From: a virus
Lineage: Duplodnaviria; Caudoviricetes
IMG/VR virus record: IMGVR_UViG_3300037155_000029
Span: 1-51,789 of that record
Reading direction: 5' to 3' (one strand)
Length of the DNA: 51,789 nucleotides
Within the stretch, counting starts at the first letter, position 1. The number at the start of each line of letters is the position of its first letter. The position numbers and the translations under genes were made by a program. Below the pieces are notes generated by a model. That model saw only the letters and a list, made by a program, of their open reading frames with translations. It was not told the origin of the DNA and did not search any database. Below, piece by piece: positions 18,985 to 28,733 of this stretch.

Positions 18985-20528
18985 TTTTTCTTATTCAAGT
19001 AACTTTCAAAGATAGTCTTTTGTTCTTTATCTGCTAAATTTAAACCGCCATTCCAGTCGGATTCAAGTAACATATCTTTACCAAATTTGGTGTTTGCCCA
19101 CTTATCCATTGGAAAAACCTTTGTGTATGGATCTTCTTTAAAATGCCTGTTAAAGATTGTTTGAGCATCTTTAAAAAATGGTTTTCCCTTCATTGAATTT
19201 AAAATACCTTCGGCGCTTTTCTTTTCAGCGCTAAACCCATATTTTCCCCAAGCGTAACCACCCACATCAATATTGGCGTGAATGCTGATATTATTAATCC
19301 CTGCCTTTTCATATTGTTTGTAAAAAGTCGAAAGCACATCCTTACTCATTCCGTTGCCTTGTAATGCTTTTGGAAGGGTAAATAATTCATGTTCAACATA
19401 CCGCTTACCATCCCTGACATAAAATGAACGCACTAATCGAACAGGGGAATTTTCAGCATCGAAACCACGATAAACAATGTCCATGCCTTTTCTAAATGCC
19501 GTTTCTTCAATAGACTTAAACTTCCATGTGATACCGTTCTTTTCGGCTATTGCATTCATTTCTGAATCTAATTGCCCAACATCCAAACCAGATAAATACG
19601 ACTTGAAATTTTTAGCAAATGCCGCCTCTTCTTTTTTATCGAGCTTTCTGAATTTAGAATCTGGGTTTTTCATGTACTCTTCCGTTTCCTTTGCGTCCTT
19701 CGTAGATTTGAAAACAGGCTCTTTAATACCCATTTCTTTTTCAGCTGAAGGAATCGGAAGCCCAAAATTCTCCTTTGCAAATGGAATATCTTTTTTGGCA
19801 ACATCAAAATATGGGTGGTCTGGTGAAAAAATATACCCGTCTTTCCCTGAGTTCATTTTGAAAGTGTCACTCATTTCTTTGTTGACCAAATCGAAAGTAG
19901 CATCTTTTTCGTTTGCCGGGGTTAAGTCCTTTTCGCCTTCTTCGTGTTGTGTTACGATGCAAAGACAATTAAAATGGTTAGTTGGATAAACGCTATCCCA
20001 AATTGGATCGTCAACAGGTGCTGTCAAACCGTCTAAGGGGGCGCAAATATCGCAAGCATCCCCGATGGTTGAATAACTCAATACAGGAAGTAAGTCTTTG
20101 TTCTTTTCGATCTCATTCCATTTGTTTGCCATTGTCGCCTGAGAGATGGCGGTATTCCGTTCAGTCAATCCCCAGCTTTCGTTCCACTTTTCAAACTCAG
20201 CGGCTCCCAGTTGGCTGAATTCGCGTGCCGATCGCAATTCGCCTGATTCAGGATTAATCATTAAAGAACCAATTTCCTTTAGTTCCTGAAATGACTTCGC
20301 TGCCGAAAACATATAAGTATTTTCCCTTAATTCAGTCAGCAACTCCAAGTCCTTGCCCTTAAAGTCGGTCAAATTACCACCAAAACCAGAATAAACCCCA
20401 GATTTCAAATAATCAGCGATTGACAAATATAGGTCTTCCGGGATATTGTACTCAGTAATTTCGCCTGAATAGATACCGTCCAGAAGTTTTTTAAGATCGC
20501 CGTCACTATATTTGAACTTTTCGGCCAT
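18981..20528 (-). CDS. MuF (gp30/SPP1 gp7-like) minor head protein with GNAT-like C-terminal extension
   Basis: 'CDICAPLDG...DDPIWDSVYPTNHFNCLC' MuF motif; C-terminal 'LQGNGMSK...ANIDVGGYAWGKYGF'. Confidence 0.85.
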   Translation of the reverse strand: MAEKFKYSDGDLKKLLDGIYSGEITEYNIPEDLYLSIADYLKSGVYSGFGGNLTDFKGKDLELLTELRENTYMFSAAKSFQELKEIGSLMINPESGELRSAREFSQLGAAEFEKWNESWGLTERNTAISQATMANKWNEIEKNKDLLPVLSYSTIGDACDICAPLDGLTAPVDDPIWDSVYPTNHFNCLCIVTQHEEGEKDLTPANEKDATFDLVNKEMSDTFKMNSGKDGYIFSPDHPYFDVAKKDIPFAKENFGLPIPSAEKEMGIKEPVFKSTKDAKETEEYMKNPDSKFRKLDKKEEAAFAKNFKSYLSGLDVGQLDSEMNAIAEKNGITWKFKSIEETAFRKGMDIVYRGFDAENSPVRLVRSFYVRDGKRYVEHELFTLPKALQGNGMSKDVLSTFYKQYEKAGINNISIHANIDVGGYAWGKYGFSAEKKSAEGILNSMKGKPFFKDAQTIFNRHFKEDPYTKVFPMDKWANTKFGKDMLLESDWNGGLNLADKEQKTIFESYLNKKK

Positions 20529-20578
20529 TTGCTTACAATCGTTTGTCTCTGATCGGGTACATTTTTACAAATTGTTAC

Positions 20579-20890
20579 TTAATTACGGCAAAGCTCCTTC
20601 AAGACTTGCAATCTGAAAGTTTCCTTTGTCTTACTCATTACCTCTTCCGGTGTCATGTTCTCCTTTTTTGCCACTTCGTCAACCCCATAAACCTTAACGA
20701 GTCTTTCCCATTGAACCCGTGTTCTGTTGATCTGATTAACCCCAAAAGCCTTTTCAAACTTTGCCTTGGTGTCGATCAATAGTTTAGGATTGCTCAAAAG
20801 TCCGGCTTTAATCTTGTTGTAAGCCTTTGTTTGCGCCCTTTTGCGGAAATATTCTTTAATGAATGTGAACATGGTTATAGATTTTTTCAA
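20579..20890 (-). CDS. Hypothetical protein
   Basis: Basic ORF between portal and MuF. Confidence 0.5.
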   Translation of the reverse strand: MKKSITMFTFIKEYFRKRAQTKAYNKIKAGLLSNPKLLIDTKAKFEKAFGVNQINRTRVQWERLVKVYGVDEVAKKENMTPEEVMSKTKETFRLQVLKELCRN

Positions 20891-22196
20891 GTTTGTTTTT
20901 TACCGTCTCGTCAAGTTTTGGCTTGTTAAAAGTTGGCGCAGCTGGTACAACAGGCGGTGCGACCGGAATCCCTGTTTGTTCTGTGAAATAAGCCCCGTCC
21001 ATAATTAAACCGGCCTTATTCATTTCAACGGCCTGAGCGATAATGGAGTTATTTGTTTCCATTATCTCGGCATCATTCTTTAAAACCGCCTTAACATCGT
21101 CGGGAATTGCAAATCCTAAAGCCCTCATGTTTACTATTAATCCAGTATTGATCACATTGGAAATAAAAGCACCGTCTTTGGTTTGTTTATCTTCCATTGC
21201 GATTTCAGCAGGTGATTTTTTACCTGAGTTCCCAAGCTTACCAGGTATCGAGTCAATCGCATCAGAATGACCAAGAATGATTTTACTGATCTTCTTTTCA
21301 AGTCGCTGTTCAAAATTATCATACCCCTGCCAACCGGTGCCGCCTAAAGCTGTTTCAAGAAAGGCGATTTCATCTTCTGGGTCAATCAAAGCCCATCCGG
21401 CTGATCCCATTTGCTGTATTGCTTCGGCTAATTGAGCGCGTTCTTTTTCTTCTGTTTTGGTTGTTTTGCCAACTCTGTAAGGCTGAGAATAAAGCTCTAC
21501 AAAATCACCGTTAAACCCCAAAATGTTACGAAGGAATGTCTCATAAAGAGCAACTTTATAAAGCAGTCCATAACCGCTCTTTGAAGTGCCTATGTCGTTG
21601 TAGGTCTTTATGTAAACGTGCCAATCTTTGTATGGTTCTTCCAAAAATAAAGCCCCTGAAATTGAGTATGTAAAGTTTGTTACATTCAGTCTGTCGGGGG
21701 AAACATTCCACCGCTTAATTATATCTAATTCTGGAAACTCATCATTTATCACGTCACCCAAAGAAACAAGCGTGTAACCAAAAAAAAGCGAATCTAAAGA
21801 AAAGTTCAGGAATTTATTGAACCATTCTTTGTTTTGGCTTTGTCCTTTTACGGTATCTAAAAAATAATCGGTCGTTTTCTGATCAATGTCGCCGTTTTTA
21901 TTGACAAACTCCCATTTTCTCAGAAGGGTTAAATCCTTGCGCCTCTCCATGCAAGCGAATACATGACCGTTATTTACGGTGTCAATGAATAACTTTTGAG
22001 CTTTCACACGATGAGGGAACCAAACATTTTCTGCCTCGGTCAGCACTTCGCGCCAACTTTGAATATCTTGGCGTATTCGCTGAAGTTGAACAGGTGCGAT
22101 AAAATTACGCAAATCCTTTTTGACGACTTCGGGATTTTGCGACCTGCCAAATGGATTTAAAGCAGAAAAGGCGGCTTTTATGTTTGGTGTTTTCAT
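20856..22196 (-). CDS. Portal protein (Mu gp29/DUF935-like)
   Basis: 'GLLYKVA...FVELYSQPYRVGKT...ISKIILG' motifs. Confidence 0.85.
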   Translation of the reverse strand: MKTPNIKAAFSALNPFGRSQNPEVVKKDLRNFIAPVQLQRIRQDIQSWREVLTEAENVWFPHRVKAQKLFIDTVNNGHVFACMERRKDLTLLRKWEFVNKNGDIDQKTTDYFLDTVKGQSQNKEWFNKFLNFSLDSLFFGYTLVSLGDVINDEFPELDIIKRWNVSPDRLNVTNFTYSISGALFLEEPYKDWHVYIKTYNDIGTSKSGYGLLYKVALYETFLRNILGFNGDFVELYSQPYRVGKTTKTEEKERAQLAEAIQQMGSAGWALIDPEDEIAFLETALGGTGWQGYDNFEQRLEKKISKIILGHSDAIDSIPGKLGNSGKKSPAEIAMEDKQTKDGAFISNVINTGLIVNMRALGFAIPDDVKAVLKNDAEIMETNNSIIAQAVEMNKAGLIMDGAYFTEQTGIPVAPPVVPAAPTFNKPKLDETVKNKLEKIYNHVHIH

Positions 22197-23137
22197 TAGT
22201 ACGAATTAATTAGTTTTTGATTGCCTCCGAATCGAATCCTGTTGCCCTGTAATGGCTGCAAAATTGGAAGCGAAGGCGTAATATCGTCGCCGATTACACA
22301 TGCTTGTAGCCAACCCAATGCACAGTATGTGGGATATAATACCCTTTGCCCTCTAATTCCCCGATCTTCGGCATTGCCCATATATTGTATCACCCTAAGT
22401 TCCGGCACATTTCGTGGTGAAATACGAAGGTGAGCTTTGTAAAGGACAATATTTATACAAATTTCAAGTAACTTCTGATCCCTGTTGTCGCCCTGTGTCC
22501 ATTTTGAATCTGTGATTACAGTGTTGGCGGCAACAGAATAAGCAACACCGGAACCCCAATACTGAACGCCGCTTATGGTGTCATCCGGGAAAATGTTTCT
22601 TATTTGATTAGTCTCCGACTGACCGATCTGGAGCATCGCTTCATGGTCGAGTATTTGCGTGGCCATTCGGCAGGTATAAACCTTATCTTTCCAAAATACC
22701 TGATTCCCAACCGCATAAATAGTTTGATAATCAAATAGATCATTAGGATAAGCGGCATAATAAATCGTATATTGTGGATTGATTATGGTCCAGTGTGCGG
22801 CGGTAAATGCTTCGTGTGCGATAATTGCAGTAGTACAAACATAAACGCTTCCGGCCTGTAAAACCATAGCCCCTAAAGCATAGTTTGAAGTTGCTGAATA
22901 AGAAGTAGCATTAAGATAAACAGTTTGCCCGGCTTTGTAGGTTTTGGTTTTGTCGTGCTGCGTGATTGACTGGAAGGCTTTCGAAACATCATATTTTTGC
23001 TTTAAATAACTCATACACTCTTCAACTGCGGCCTTTCGAATTGAGTCTAAAATTGTTTGATCTGATCCGATAATCTGCTGTAGATTGTCTGTTTGGATTT
23101 GTTTTGCGTAGTCGCCGTAAAATAGGAAGCTGTCCAT
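22196..23137 (-). CDS. Head-tail adaptor (Mu gp36/DUF1320-like) with internal aromatic repeats
   Basis: 'AVEECMSYLKQKYDV' and 'GDNRDQKLLEICINIVLYKAH...P..VPELR...ALGWL' flank three 'Y..G..V....VY.C' modules. Confidence 0.7.
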   Translation of the reverse strand: MDSFLFYGDYAKQIQTDNLQQIIGSDQTILDSIRKAAVEECMSYLKQKYDVSKAFQSITQHDKTKTYKAGQTVYLNATSYSATSNYALGAMVLQAGSVYVCTTAIIAHEAFTAAHWTIINPQYTIYYAAYPNDLFDYQTIYAVGNQVFWKDKVYTCRMATQILDHEAMLQIGQSETNQIRNIFPDDTISGVQYWGSGVAYSVAANTVITDSKWTQGDNRDQKLLEICINIVLYKAHLRISPRNVPELRVIQYMGNAEDRGIRGQRVLYPTYCALGWLQACVIGDDITPSLPILQPLQGNRIRFGGNQKLINSY

Positions 23138-23174
23138 AATTTCACATTTTGCGTAAAAGTAAGTAATTTAAAAA

Positions 23175-23182
23175 CAAAGATA
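23175..23182 (-). promoter_or_regulatory. Bacteroidota -7 promoter element TATCTTTG
   Basis: TAnnTTTG match in the intergenic gap upstream of 23137. Confidence 0.55.
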
Positions 23183-23189
23183 CAAATTT

Positions 23190-24662
23190 TTACCAACTAT
23201 TTTTCGAATAGTTTTTACCAACCAGAGGAATTGACACTTTGCCGCCTCGCTGATAATTCAGATATTCATTTGCAAATGTATAACAAATGAAATACCTGGT
23301 TAAATCAACAAAGTGTCCGTATGGCTGATAAGAAACCTTTGTGACCGGATCAGTAACGGTTTTTTTATCAACCTTCCCATTTTTATCTTCTTTTGTATTT
23401 TCATAATCAAGAATAGCTGTTCGGCATTTTATATCAACTCTAAATCTAAGACCTTGCTCTTCGTTTTCAAGAATTGAATTTAAAAATTCAGCCGACATTT
23501 TCACTGATGGATTTGAATGCAAAACGGCGCGGCGCGGTTTAAATTCAATTAGATCATTCATTAGCAACCTGAATAAGTCGTGACCCTTCTCCTGTTTTAC
23601 ATCATCTTTTTGCGATGTTGCGTCACCACCGATAAAAACAACCCCTTCATGTTTCCATTCATGTAGCTTTCTGGTTATTTCACGACACATTGAGTGGGTG
23701 GTGTTTTCTGGATTTTTCAATGCTATATTGTGAATTAAAAAGATGCTTTTCTGATCGTTCCCAACTTGAAAAATACCACATGGAAAATAAGGGTTTACGT
23801 TTTCATCAAAAATCAAATGAACTGCCAAATCAGAATTATAAGGATATATTCCTGTATGCTTTTCGCTTCGCCATTGTTTCAAAAATTCACCACCAAACAC
23901 GGTTTTTCCCCATTCGCCCAAAACATTAACCTTGTAGCTGTTAGCGTTTGTGAAGGCTAATGCCTTGTATTCTGAAATCAAATTTTCATCCCTATAACCA
24001 TAATCATTATCGGGACTTCCGGTAATCCAATAATTATCTTCGTAAGTTGTTTTGATTAAAATCACTTTACCGCAAGGCGATATTTTTACAAATGAATTTT
24101 CGCAGGGCAATTCCCATTCAGTGTCAACAAACCGATAATTGTCGACTAAATCAGTTTTAACCCAACTATTCTCGTCAACAGGATTCCATGAAGCGAATAT
24201 TTTCTGTCCCTCAATCCCGCGAAGCGATAAATTAAACTGTTCATATTCGGCGTGTTCAAATTGGTTTAATTCGTCAAGATAGATATATTTATATGATTCG
24301 ATACCTTTTGCTTTTTCTGAATCATCCAGTCCCTTCATTACGATTTCAGATGCCGTGCCAATATTTGACCGACAGGCAAACCTGCGATCCATTTTATCAA
24401 AGGCTGTATATAAATATTGATTGTTTATTGCAAGGCTAAATGATTTTTTTAAGGTGGTGGGGATTATTGTTGATTCCTTGCGAAAGGCTATCGAATTAAC
24501 ACCATGAACATAACACTCTTTTGTAAGTGCCTGACAAATTGAAACCGTTTTAGCGGATGATTTACCACCGTAAACCAAGACTATTCTAATAGATGGGTCT
24601 TTGATTATTTCATTAAGTATGAAATACAGCGGGTTATACCATTTCTTATTGAACCGAACCAT
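23190..24662 (-). CDS. terL: Terminase large subunit
   Basis: Walker A-like 'YGGKSSAKT', Walker B 'IYLDE', 'WNP', 'LGEWG' and C-terminal nuclease 'HFVDLTRY'. Confidence 0.92.
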   Translation of the reverse strand: MVRFNKKWYNPLYFILNEIIKDPSIRIVLVYGGKSSAKTVSICQALTKECYVHGVNSIAFRKESTIIPTTLKKSFSLAINNQYLYTAFDKMDRRFACRSNIGTASEIVMKGLDDSEKAKGIESYKYIYLDELNQFEHAEYEQFNLSLRGIEGQKIFASWNPVDENSWVKTDLVDNYRFVDTEWELPCENSFVKISPCGKVILIKTTYEDNYWITGSPDNDYGYRDENLISEYKALAFTNANSYKVNVLGEWGKTVFGGEFLKQWRSEKHTGIYPYNSDLAVHLIFDENVNPYFPCGIFQVGNDQKSIFLIHNIALKNPENTTHSMCREITRKLHEWKHEGVVFIGGDATSQKDDVKQEKGHDLFRLLMNDLIEFKPRRAVLHSNPSVKMSAEFLNSILENEEQGLRFRVDIKCRTAILDYENTKEDKNGKVDKKTVTDPVTKVSYQPYGHFVDLTRYFICYTFANEYLNYQRGGKVSIPLVGKNYSKNSW

Positions 24663-25175
24663 TTATTCATAGATTTCATCTTCCAAATCTTTACCGACCT
24701 TTTGAATGATCACATTTGTTTTTTCTTGTAATCCTAAGTCGCGTGCTATGATATTGGCATTAAAGAATCCGGCAACAGCTCCGCTAAACTTCTGATTATA
24801 AATAATTTCCCTGATACGCGATGTGATTATATTAAAATCTTTGGACAAATCGTCTGTTTTTGCGCTTATTTCGGTTTCAAAATGATTAAGGTACATTACA
24901 TTACAATCGAGATATAAACATAGTCCCTGAATAGTAAATGGTCTTAATCTTGGAAGCTCAACAAAGTTAGGAGGAAACACCATTTTGCCGTCATCATCTT
25001 TGAATGGCTTCATTGGTGAGTATTTCACCTGTTCGACTTCGTGGTATGGCGTATCTTCACACCATTGGAAGTATTCACAGGCGGCTTCCCAAAGTAGCTC
25101 AGGAGTGGCAAATAGTTTATCTCTCCCGTGTTTGCTGCGAAGCTTCCAAAATTGGTTTCCCATTGGTGCTGCCAT
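24663..25175 (-). CDS. terS: Terminase small subunit (P22 gp3-like)
   Basis: 'MAAPMGNQFWKLRSKHGR...LWEAACEYF...NANIIARDLGL'. Confidence 0.88.
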   Translation of the reverse strand: MAAPMGNQFWKLRSKHGRDKLFATPELLWEAACEYFQWCEDTPYHEVEQVKYSPMKPFKDDDGKMVFPPNFVELPRLRPFTIQGLCLYLDCNVMYLNHFETEISAKTDDLSKDFNIITSRIREIIYNQKFSGAVAGFFNANIIARDLGLQEKTNVIIQKVGKDLEDEIYE

Positions 25176-25192
25176 AAAGTAATTATTTCCGA

Positions 25193-25200
25193 CAAATATA
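25193..25200 (-). promoter_or_regulatory. -7 promoter element TATATTTG for the packaging operon
   Basis: TAnnTTTG just upstream of the terS ATG. Confidence 0.6.
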
Positions 25201-25307
25201 CAAAATAATTTTCGAATAATGCAAAGTTTTTATTTTTCACCTCAAAACCCCGGCTCTTGGGAGAAACCGGGGCGAAGTCTCGCAGAACTTTGCGAGAAAC
25301 TGCGAGG

Positions 25308-25559
25308 CTATTCGAAAATTGTATTTGCAATTAATTGCATTGCGTCGTTAAAGGCCTCTACTTTATCCTTATCGCTACCATTGTGGCGACACTCAATTAA
25401 AATAGTCATTCCGGGTGTCCCTTTGCTGAATAGCCCTTGGTTCCCAATTGTTAGATTTGCATCCTGATACATAGTAATACCAGTTTGGCGATCTGTTTTG
25501 TAAGTTGTGTCAATTTCGCAACTTACGGGTCTTTTCTCAATAATCTCTGAAATTTTCAT
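25308..25559 (-). CDS. Hypothetical protein
   Basis: 83-aa ORF with A-rich leader. Confidence 0.5.
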   Translation of the reverse strand: MKISEIIEKRPVSCEIDTTYKTDRQTGITMYQDANLTIGNQGLFSKGTPGMTILIECRHNGSDKDKVEAFNDAMQLIANTIFE

Positions 25560-25611
25560 TTTTTTATTTATTTGTTACGCGGTTAACTGAGGCCTCGCGT
25601 TATTCTCATTT

Positions 25612-25851
25612 TTATTTTAGTAACTCAAAGGTTGATTTCCCAATAAAGTATGTTTCGCCTGCTCCACCCTTTTTCGATTCAAAATGAATCGTACAATAAG
25701 CGCGTAGGGTTGATGTTGCTTTGTAAGAAGCAAGTGAATAATAAGAATGATTTCCTAATTCAATGATTGCGTTGATCTGTTCAATAGTTTTCATTTTCGG
25801 ATTGCGGATTTCCCCTTTGACTGGTGGTATTATATTTTCAGGATGCGGCAT
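25612..25851 (-). CDS. Hypothetical protein, apparently chimeric
   Basis: N-terminal MPHPENIIPPVKGEIRNPK joined to MKTIEQ...; TATATTTG on minus at 25907-25914. Confidence 0.45.
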   Translation of the reverse strand: MPHPENIIPPVKGEIRNPKMKTIEQINAIIELGNHSYYSLASYKATSTLRAYCTIHFESKKGGAGETYFIGKSTFELLK

Positions 25852-25942
25852 TTTGTCTAATCTTTATCAAATCAATTATCGTTTGCCATTTGCGTAATTA
25901 AAGGGGCAAATATATAAAACTATTCACCCGGCATGAAAAATT

Positions 25943-26746
25943 TTACCTGCGAACCTTTGCGCGAATCATACGCTCAACAAATGAGATAGTAGTTGTGCCT
26001 GTTGCAAGATTAAGTAAATACGCACCGCGATACTTTTTTGAGGTGTTCAGATTGTGGCGTAATGCAAACGCCTTGGTTCCTGCTTCACAATTTCCAGCAT
26101 TAATAGAGTCGGCGTAAGAATACTGTAATCTAAGAGCCTTTGACCATGTTTCGGCTTTCTTTGCCTCTTCTTTTGCTCTGTCAATATTGCGCTGACCTCC
26201 GATTTTTGCGGCCTCTTTAGTTTTTGCGTGAAATCCTGCAAAGATAAAACCACATTCGACGGTTAATTGGAAATTGTTTTTTGAGCCTTTTCCTACGTAC
26301 CAATAACATTTTTTGATCTGGGATTTTTGATCTGGAAAAATATGAGTAATAAGACCACCAATTACAACCGTATTACGCAAATCGGCAGGGTGCAATATGA
26401 GGTTAACTCTGCCGTGGTTTGCGCGATATTTGCACGAATTGGCATATTCCTGCGTACGATCATCGCGGCCAATCATCGAGCCGGAAGATACAACATAAAC
26501 GGAACCCATCGAAAAGCCGTCAGATGGTAGGTTTTTCGCAATGTTGCGAAGTCTGTCGATGATCAATTGATCACAAAATTGCTTAACTGTTTTTGGTGAT
26601 TGATTAAGGATTGAGCGTTCTCTCCTTTTTTTTACGATCTCAACGATTTCAGAATCAAACTTTAATTCGATAGTTTTGATGTTGACAAATTGATTGTCTG
26701 CCTTAACCGCCTTGGCATAGGTCTGAGCTACTGTTAATTGTTTCAT
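25943..26746 (-). CDS. Hypothetical protein
   Basis: 267-aa basic ORF with own promoter (TATCTTTG at 26832-26839, minus). Confidence 0.7.
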   Translation of the reverse strand: MKQLTVAQTYAKAVKADNQFVNIKTIELKFDSEIVEIVKKRRERSILNQSPKTVKQFCDQLIIDRLRNIAKNLPSDGFSMGSVYVVSSGSMIGRDDRTQEYANSCKYRANHGRVNLILHPADLRNTVVIGGLITHIFPDQKSQIKKCYWYVGKGSKNNFQLTVECGFIFAGFHAKTKEAAKIGGQRNIDRAKEEAKKAETWSKALRLQYSYADSINAGNCEAGTKAFALRHNLNTSKKYRGAYLLNLATGTTTISFVERMIRAKVRR

Positions 26747-26873
26747 CTTTTTCCGCCTTTAGCCTCAGCGACGAGGGTTCTTACTTTGTTTGATCCCGTT
26801 GTGGGTGGTGATCTATCCCCTTTTGTTGTATCAAAGATACATCATTAAATGACTGATTGCAAATAAATTCACA

Positions 26874-26885
26874 TGTTGTACAACA
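26874..26885. promoter_or_regulatory. Operator-like palindrome TGTT-GTAC-AACA
   Basis: One of five TGTT-N4-AACA sites upstream of -7 boxes. Confidence 0.55.
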
Positions 26886-26901
26886 GCTTTTCAATCTTTT
26901 T

Positions 26902-27147
26902 TCAATTAACAAACATCGTCTTTAAGTTGCTGAAAAAAAGGATAATGCGATTAAAAATTATTGGTTTGCATCCTGGACACATGAATGCAAGTTCGCTTTC
27001 TCCGTTTGAATTGTCACCGTCTTTGTACCATGCGGGATTTGAGGCGTAGGCATTATTACCAAGATTATAAGGCACGTCTGCAATAATTAACTGAGCCTTT
27101 GGAATTTGGTAAACTTTGAAATTCTGAAAGTGATCATGAATAAGCAT
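26902..27147 (-). pseudogene. Truncated N4/N6 DNA methyltransferase
   Basis: 'MLIHDHFQNFKVYQIPKAQLIIADVPYNLG...GESELA' contains catalytic motif IV, then breaks off near 26987 without the SAM-binding part. Confidence 0.75.
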
Positions 27148-27212
27148 AATATCGTAAGTTTTAAAGTATATTTCGCAAAGATGAAGCGTAAAGTAATACA
27201 ATCGTGAAAAGA

Positions 27213-27261
27213 TGTTATACAACATGAAATGTAAAATCAGCCATTTTTGATGTTATATTTG
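27213..27261 (+). promoter_or_regulatory. Early promoter with upstream operator
   Basis: TGTTATACAACA at 27213-27224 and TATATTTG at 27254-27261. Confidence 0.7.
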
Positions 27262-27303
27262 TAATGTTATCAGAAACGAATCTGAGACACAAAATTACGA
27301 CAA

Positions 27304-27567
27304 ATGACAACTACTTTTGAACAGAAAATCGAAGCACAGGTAAACATGAATAAGGTGGGTATTTATGAGGCTTTCGCAAATGAAGGCGAATTAAGAGCTT
27401 ACTGGAATCTTGGCGGCGACACAACGTCTCCAATGATGAAGAAAGTTTACATACCCGTATTTAATGGTGAAATCCTTTCTATCTCTTTTGAAAGAAGCCG
27501 CGCAATCCGCAATCTTTTGGATGAAGCCGGTGTATCAACACTTAACGAACTTGAAAATATGAACTAA
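27304..27567 (+). CDS. Hypothetical early protein
   Basis: First ORF after the promoter. Confidence 0.65.
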   Translation: MTTTFEQKIEAQVNMNKVGIYEAFANEGELRAYWNLGGDTTSPMMKKVYIPVFNGEILSISFERSRAIRNLLDEAGVSTLNELENMN

Positions 27568-27677
27568 TAGCCCCTGCCGTTCCCGTCGTAAGTTCCGGCG
27601 GTGGTTGCCTCGATAGGTTCGCTTATCGAGGCATTGGCAGTATAAGACATTATTATTCACTTTAAAAACTTTGAACG

Positions 27678-28415
27678 ATGCGAAAAATTGAAATTAAAAA
27701 CAGATGGGACGATTCAGTAATTAAGACCGTTGAAGTCGAGGACGGTGCAAGCCTGAGCGGTGCAAACCTGATCGATGCAGACCTGAGCGGTGCAAACCTG
27801 AGCGGTGCAGACCTGAGCGGTGCAAACCTGAGCGATGCAGACCTGAGCGATGCAGACCTGAGACGTGCAAACCTGAGCGGTGCAAACCTGAGCGGTGCAG
27901 ACCTGAGCGGTGCAAACCTGAGCGATGCAGACCTGAGCGATGCAGACCTGAGCGGTGCAAACCTGAGCGATGCAGACCTGAGCGATGCAGACCTGAGACG
28001 TGCAAGCCTGAGCGGTGCAGACCTGAGACGTGCAAGCCTGAGCGGTGCAGACCTGAGCGATTTACGTCTATCTGAAACCACCGGATTTTTATTGCCCTTA
28101 TGTCCGTCTGAGGGGTCGTTTATTGGATGGAAGAAAGCAGGCGGATATATTGTTAAAATTCAAATTTGCAAGGATGCAAAACGCTCAAATGCAACATCTT
28201 TAAAATGTAGGTGTTCATCTGCAAAGGTTATTTCAATTGAAAACATTGATAGTTCAAAATCTGGACTCAAAAATATTTGCAGTGATCACGACTGTAATTT
28301 TATTTACACTATTGGAAAGGTTGTTTCGGTTGAAAATTTTGATGAACAGCGTTTTAATGAATGTTCATCAGGTATTCACTTTTTTATTAGTCGCGAAATG
28401 GCAGTACAATATTAA
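27678..28415 (+). CDS. Pentapeptide repeat protein with Cys-rich C-terminal domain (DUF5758-like)
   Basis: About 21 A(D/N/S)L(S/R)x repeats, then '[12 protein letters not shown]...KCRCS...ECSSGIHFF'. Confidence 0.9.
   Translation: MRKIEIKNRWDDSVIKTVEVEDGASLSGANLIDADLSGANLSGADLSGANLSDADLSDADLRRANLSGANLSGADLSGANLSDADLSDADLSGANLSDADLSDADLRRASLSGADLRRASLSGADLSDLRLSETTGFLLPLCPSEGSFIGWKKAGGYIVKIQICKDAKRSNATSLKCRCSSAKVISIENIDSSKSGLKNICSDHDCNFIYTIGKVVSVENFDEQRFNECSSGIHFFISREMAVQY
27744..28060 (+). repeat. 15-bp tandem repeats encoding pentapeptides
   Basis: GCA(A/G)ACCTGAGCG(G/A)T units and variants. Confidence 0.9.
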
Positions 28416-28447
28416 GCCTCGAAGTTTTCAAAGTTCTTCGGGACTTG

Positions 28448-28476
28448 CCCCGCTTATCGAAAGGTAGCGGGGTTTT
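28448..28476 (+). terminator. Intrinsic terminator
   Basis: CCCCGCT...AGCGGGG followed by TTTT. Confidence 0.65.
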
Positions 28477-28600
28477 CGGGTGAGCAACGTTGCTCTTAAA
28501 AACTTTGATTATGACAACTTTTATTTTAACAATCGTAGCACCTTTGGCTTTATTGTGGATTGCTTCAAAGCTCCCAGATACAGCAACGAAATAGCCTTAG

Positions 28601-28733
28601 CGATAACGCTTGAGGCTAACCGCATGTAGCGGAATTAGAAGCACTTAACAATCAAAATACAACGAATATGGCAAAGAAAGAAAAACTTACGAAACCCACT
28701 GCCACCGCTATTGCGGTTGAGCCTGTGTTAGGG
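28601..28733 (-). other. attC-like site A
   Basis: TAAC 28604 ... GTTA 28727; stem AGGCTAACCGCATGTAGCGG/CCGCTATTGCGGTTGAGCCT with bulges; ATG 28668 lies in the loop. Confidence 0.75.

Noticed and set aside
108-25467. Numerous plus-strand ORFs opposite structural genes (e.g. 9624-10115, 11835-12239, 19477-19989)
   Set aside because: They are antisense shadows of well-supported minus-strand genes and carry no motifs.
27744-28060. Repeat tract as a CRISPR array, and the antisense ORFs 27662-28081 and 27721-28035
   Set aside because: The 15-bp units are contiguous without spacers and encode pentapeptides; the antisense ORFs are shadows of the repeat.
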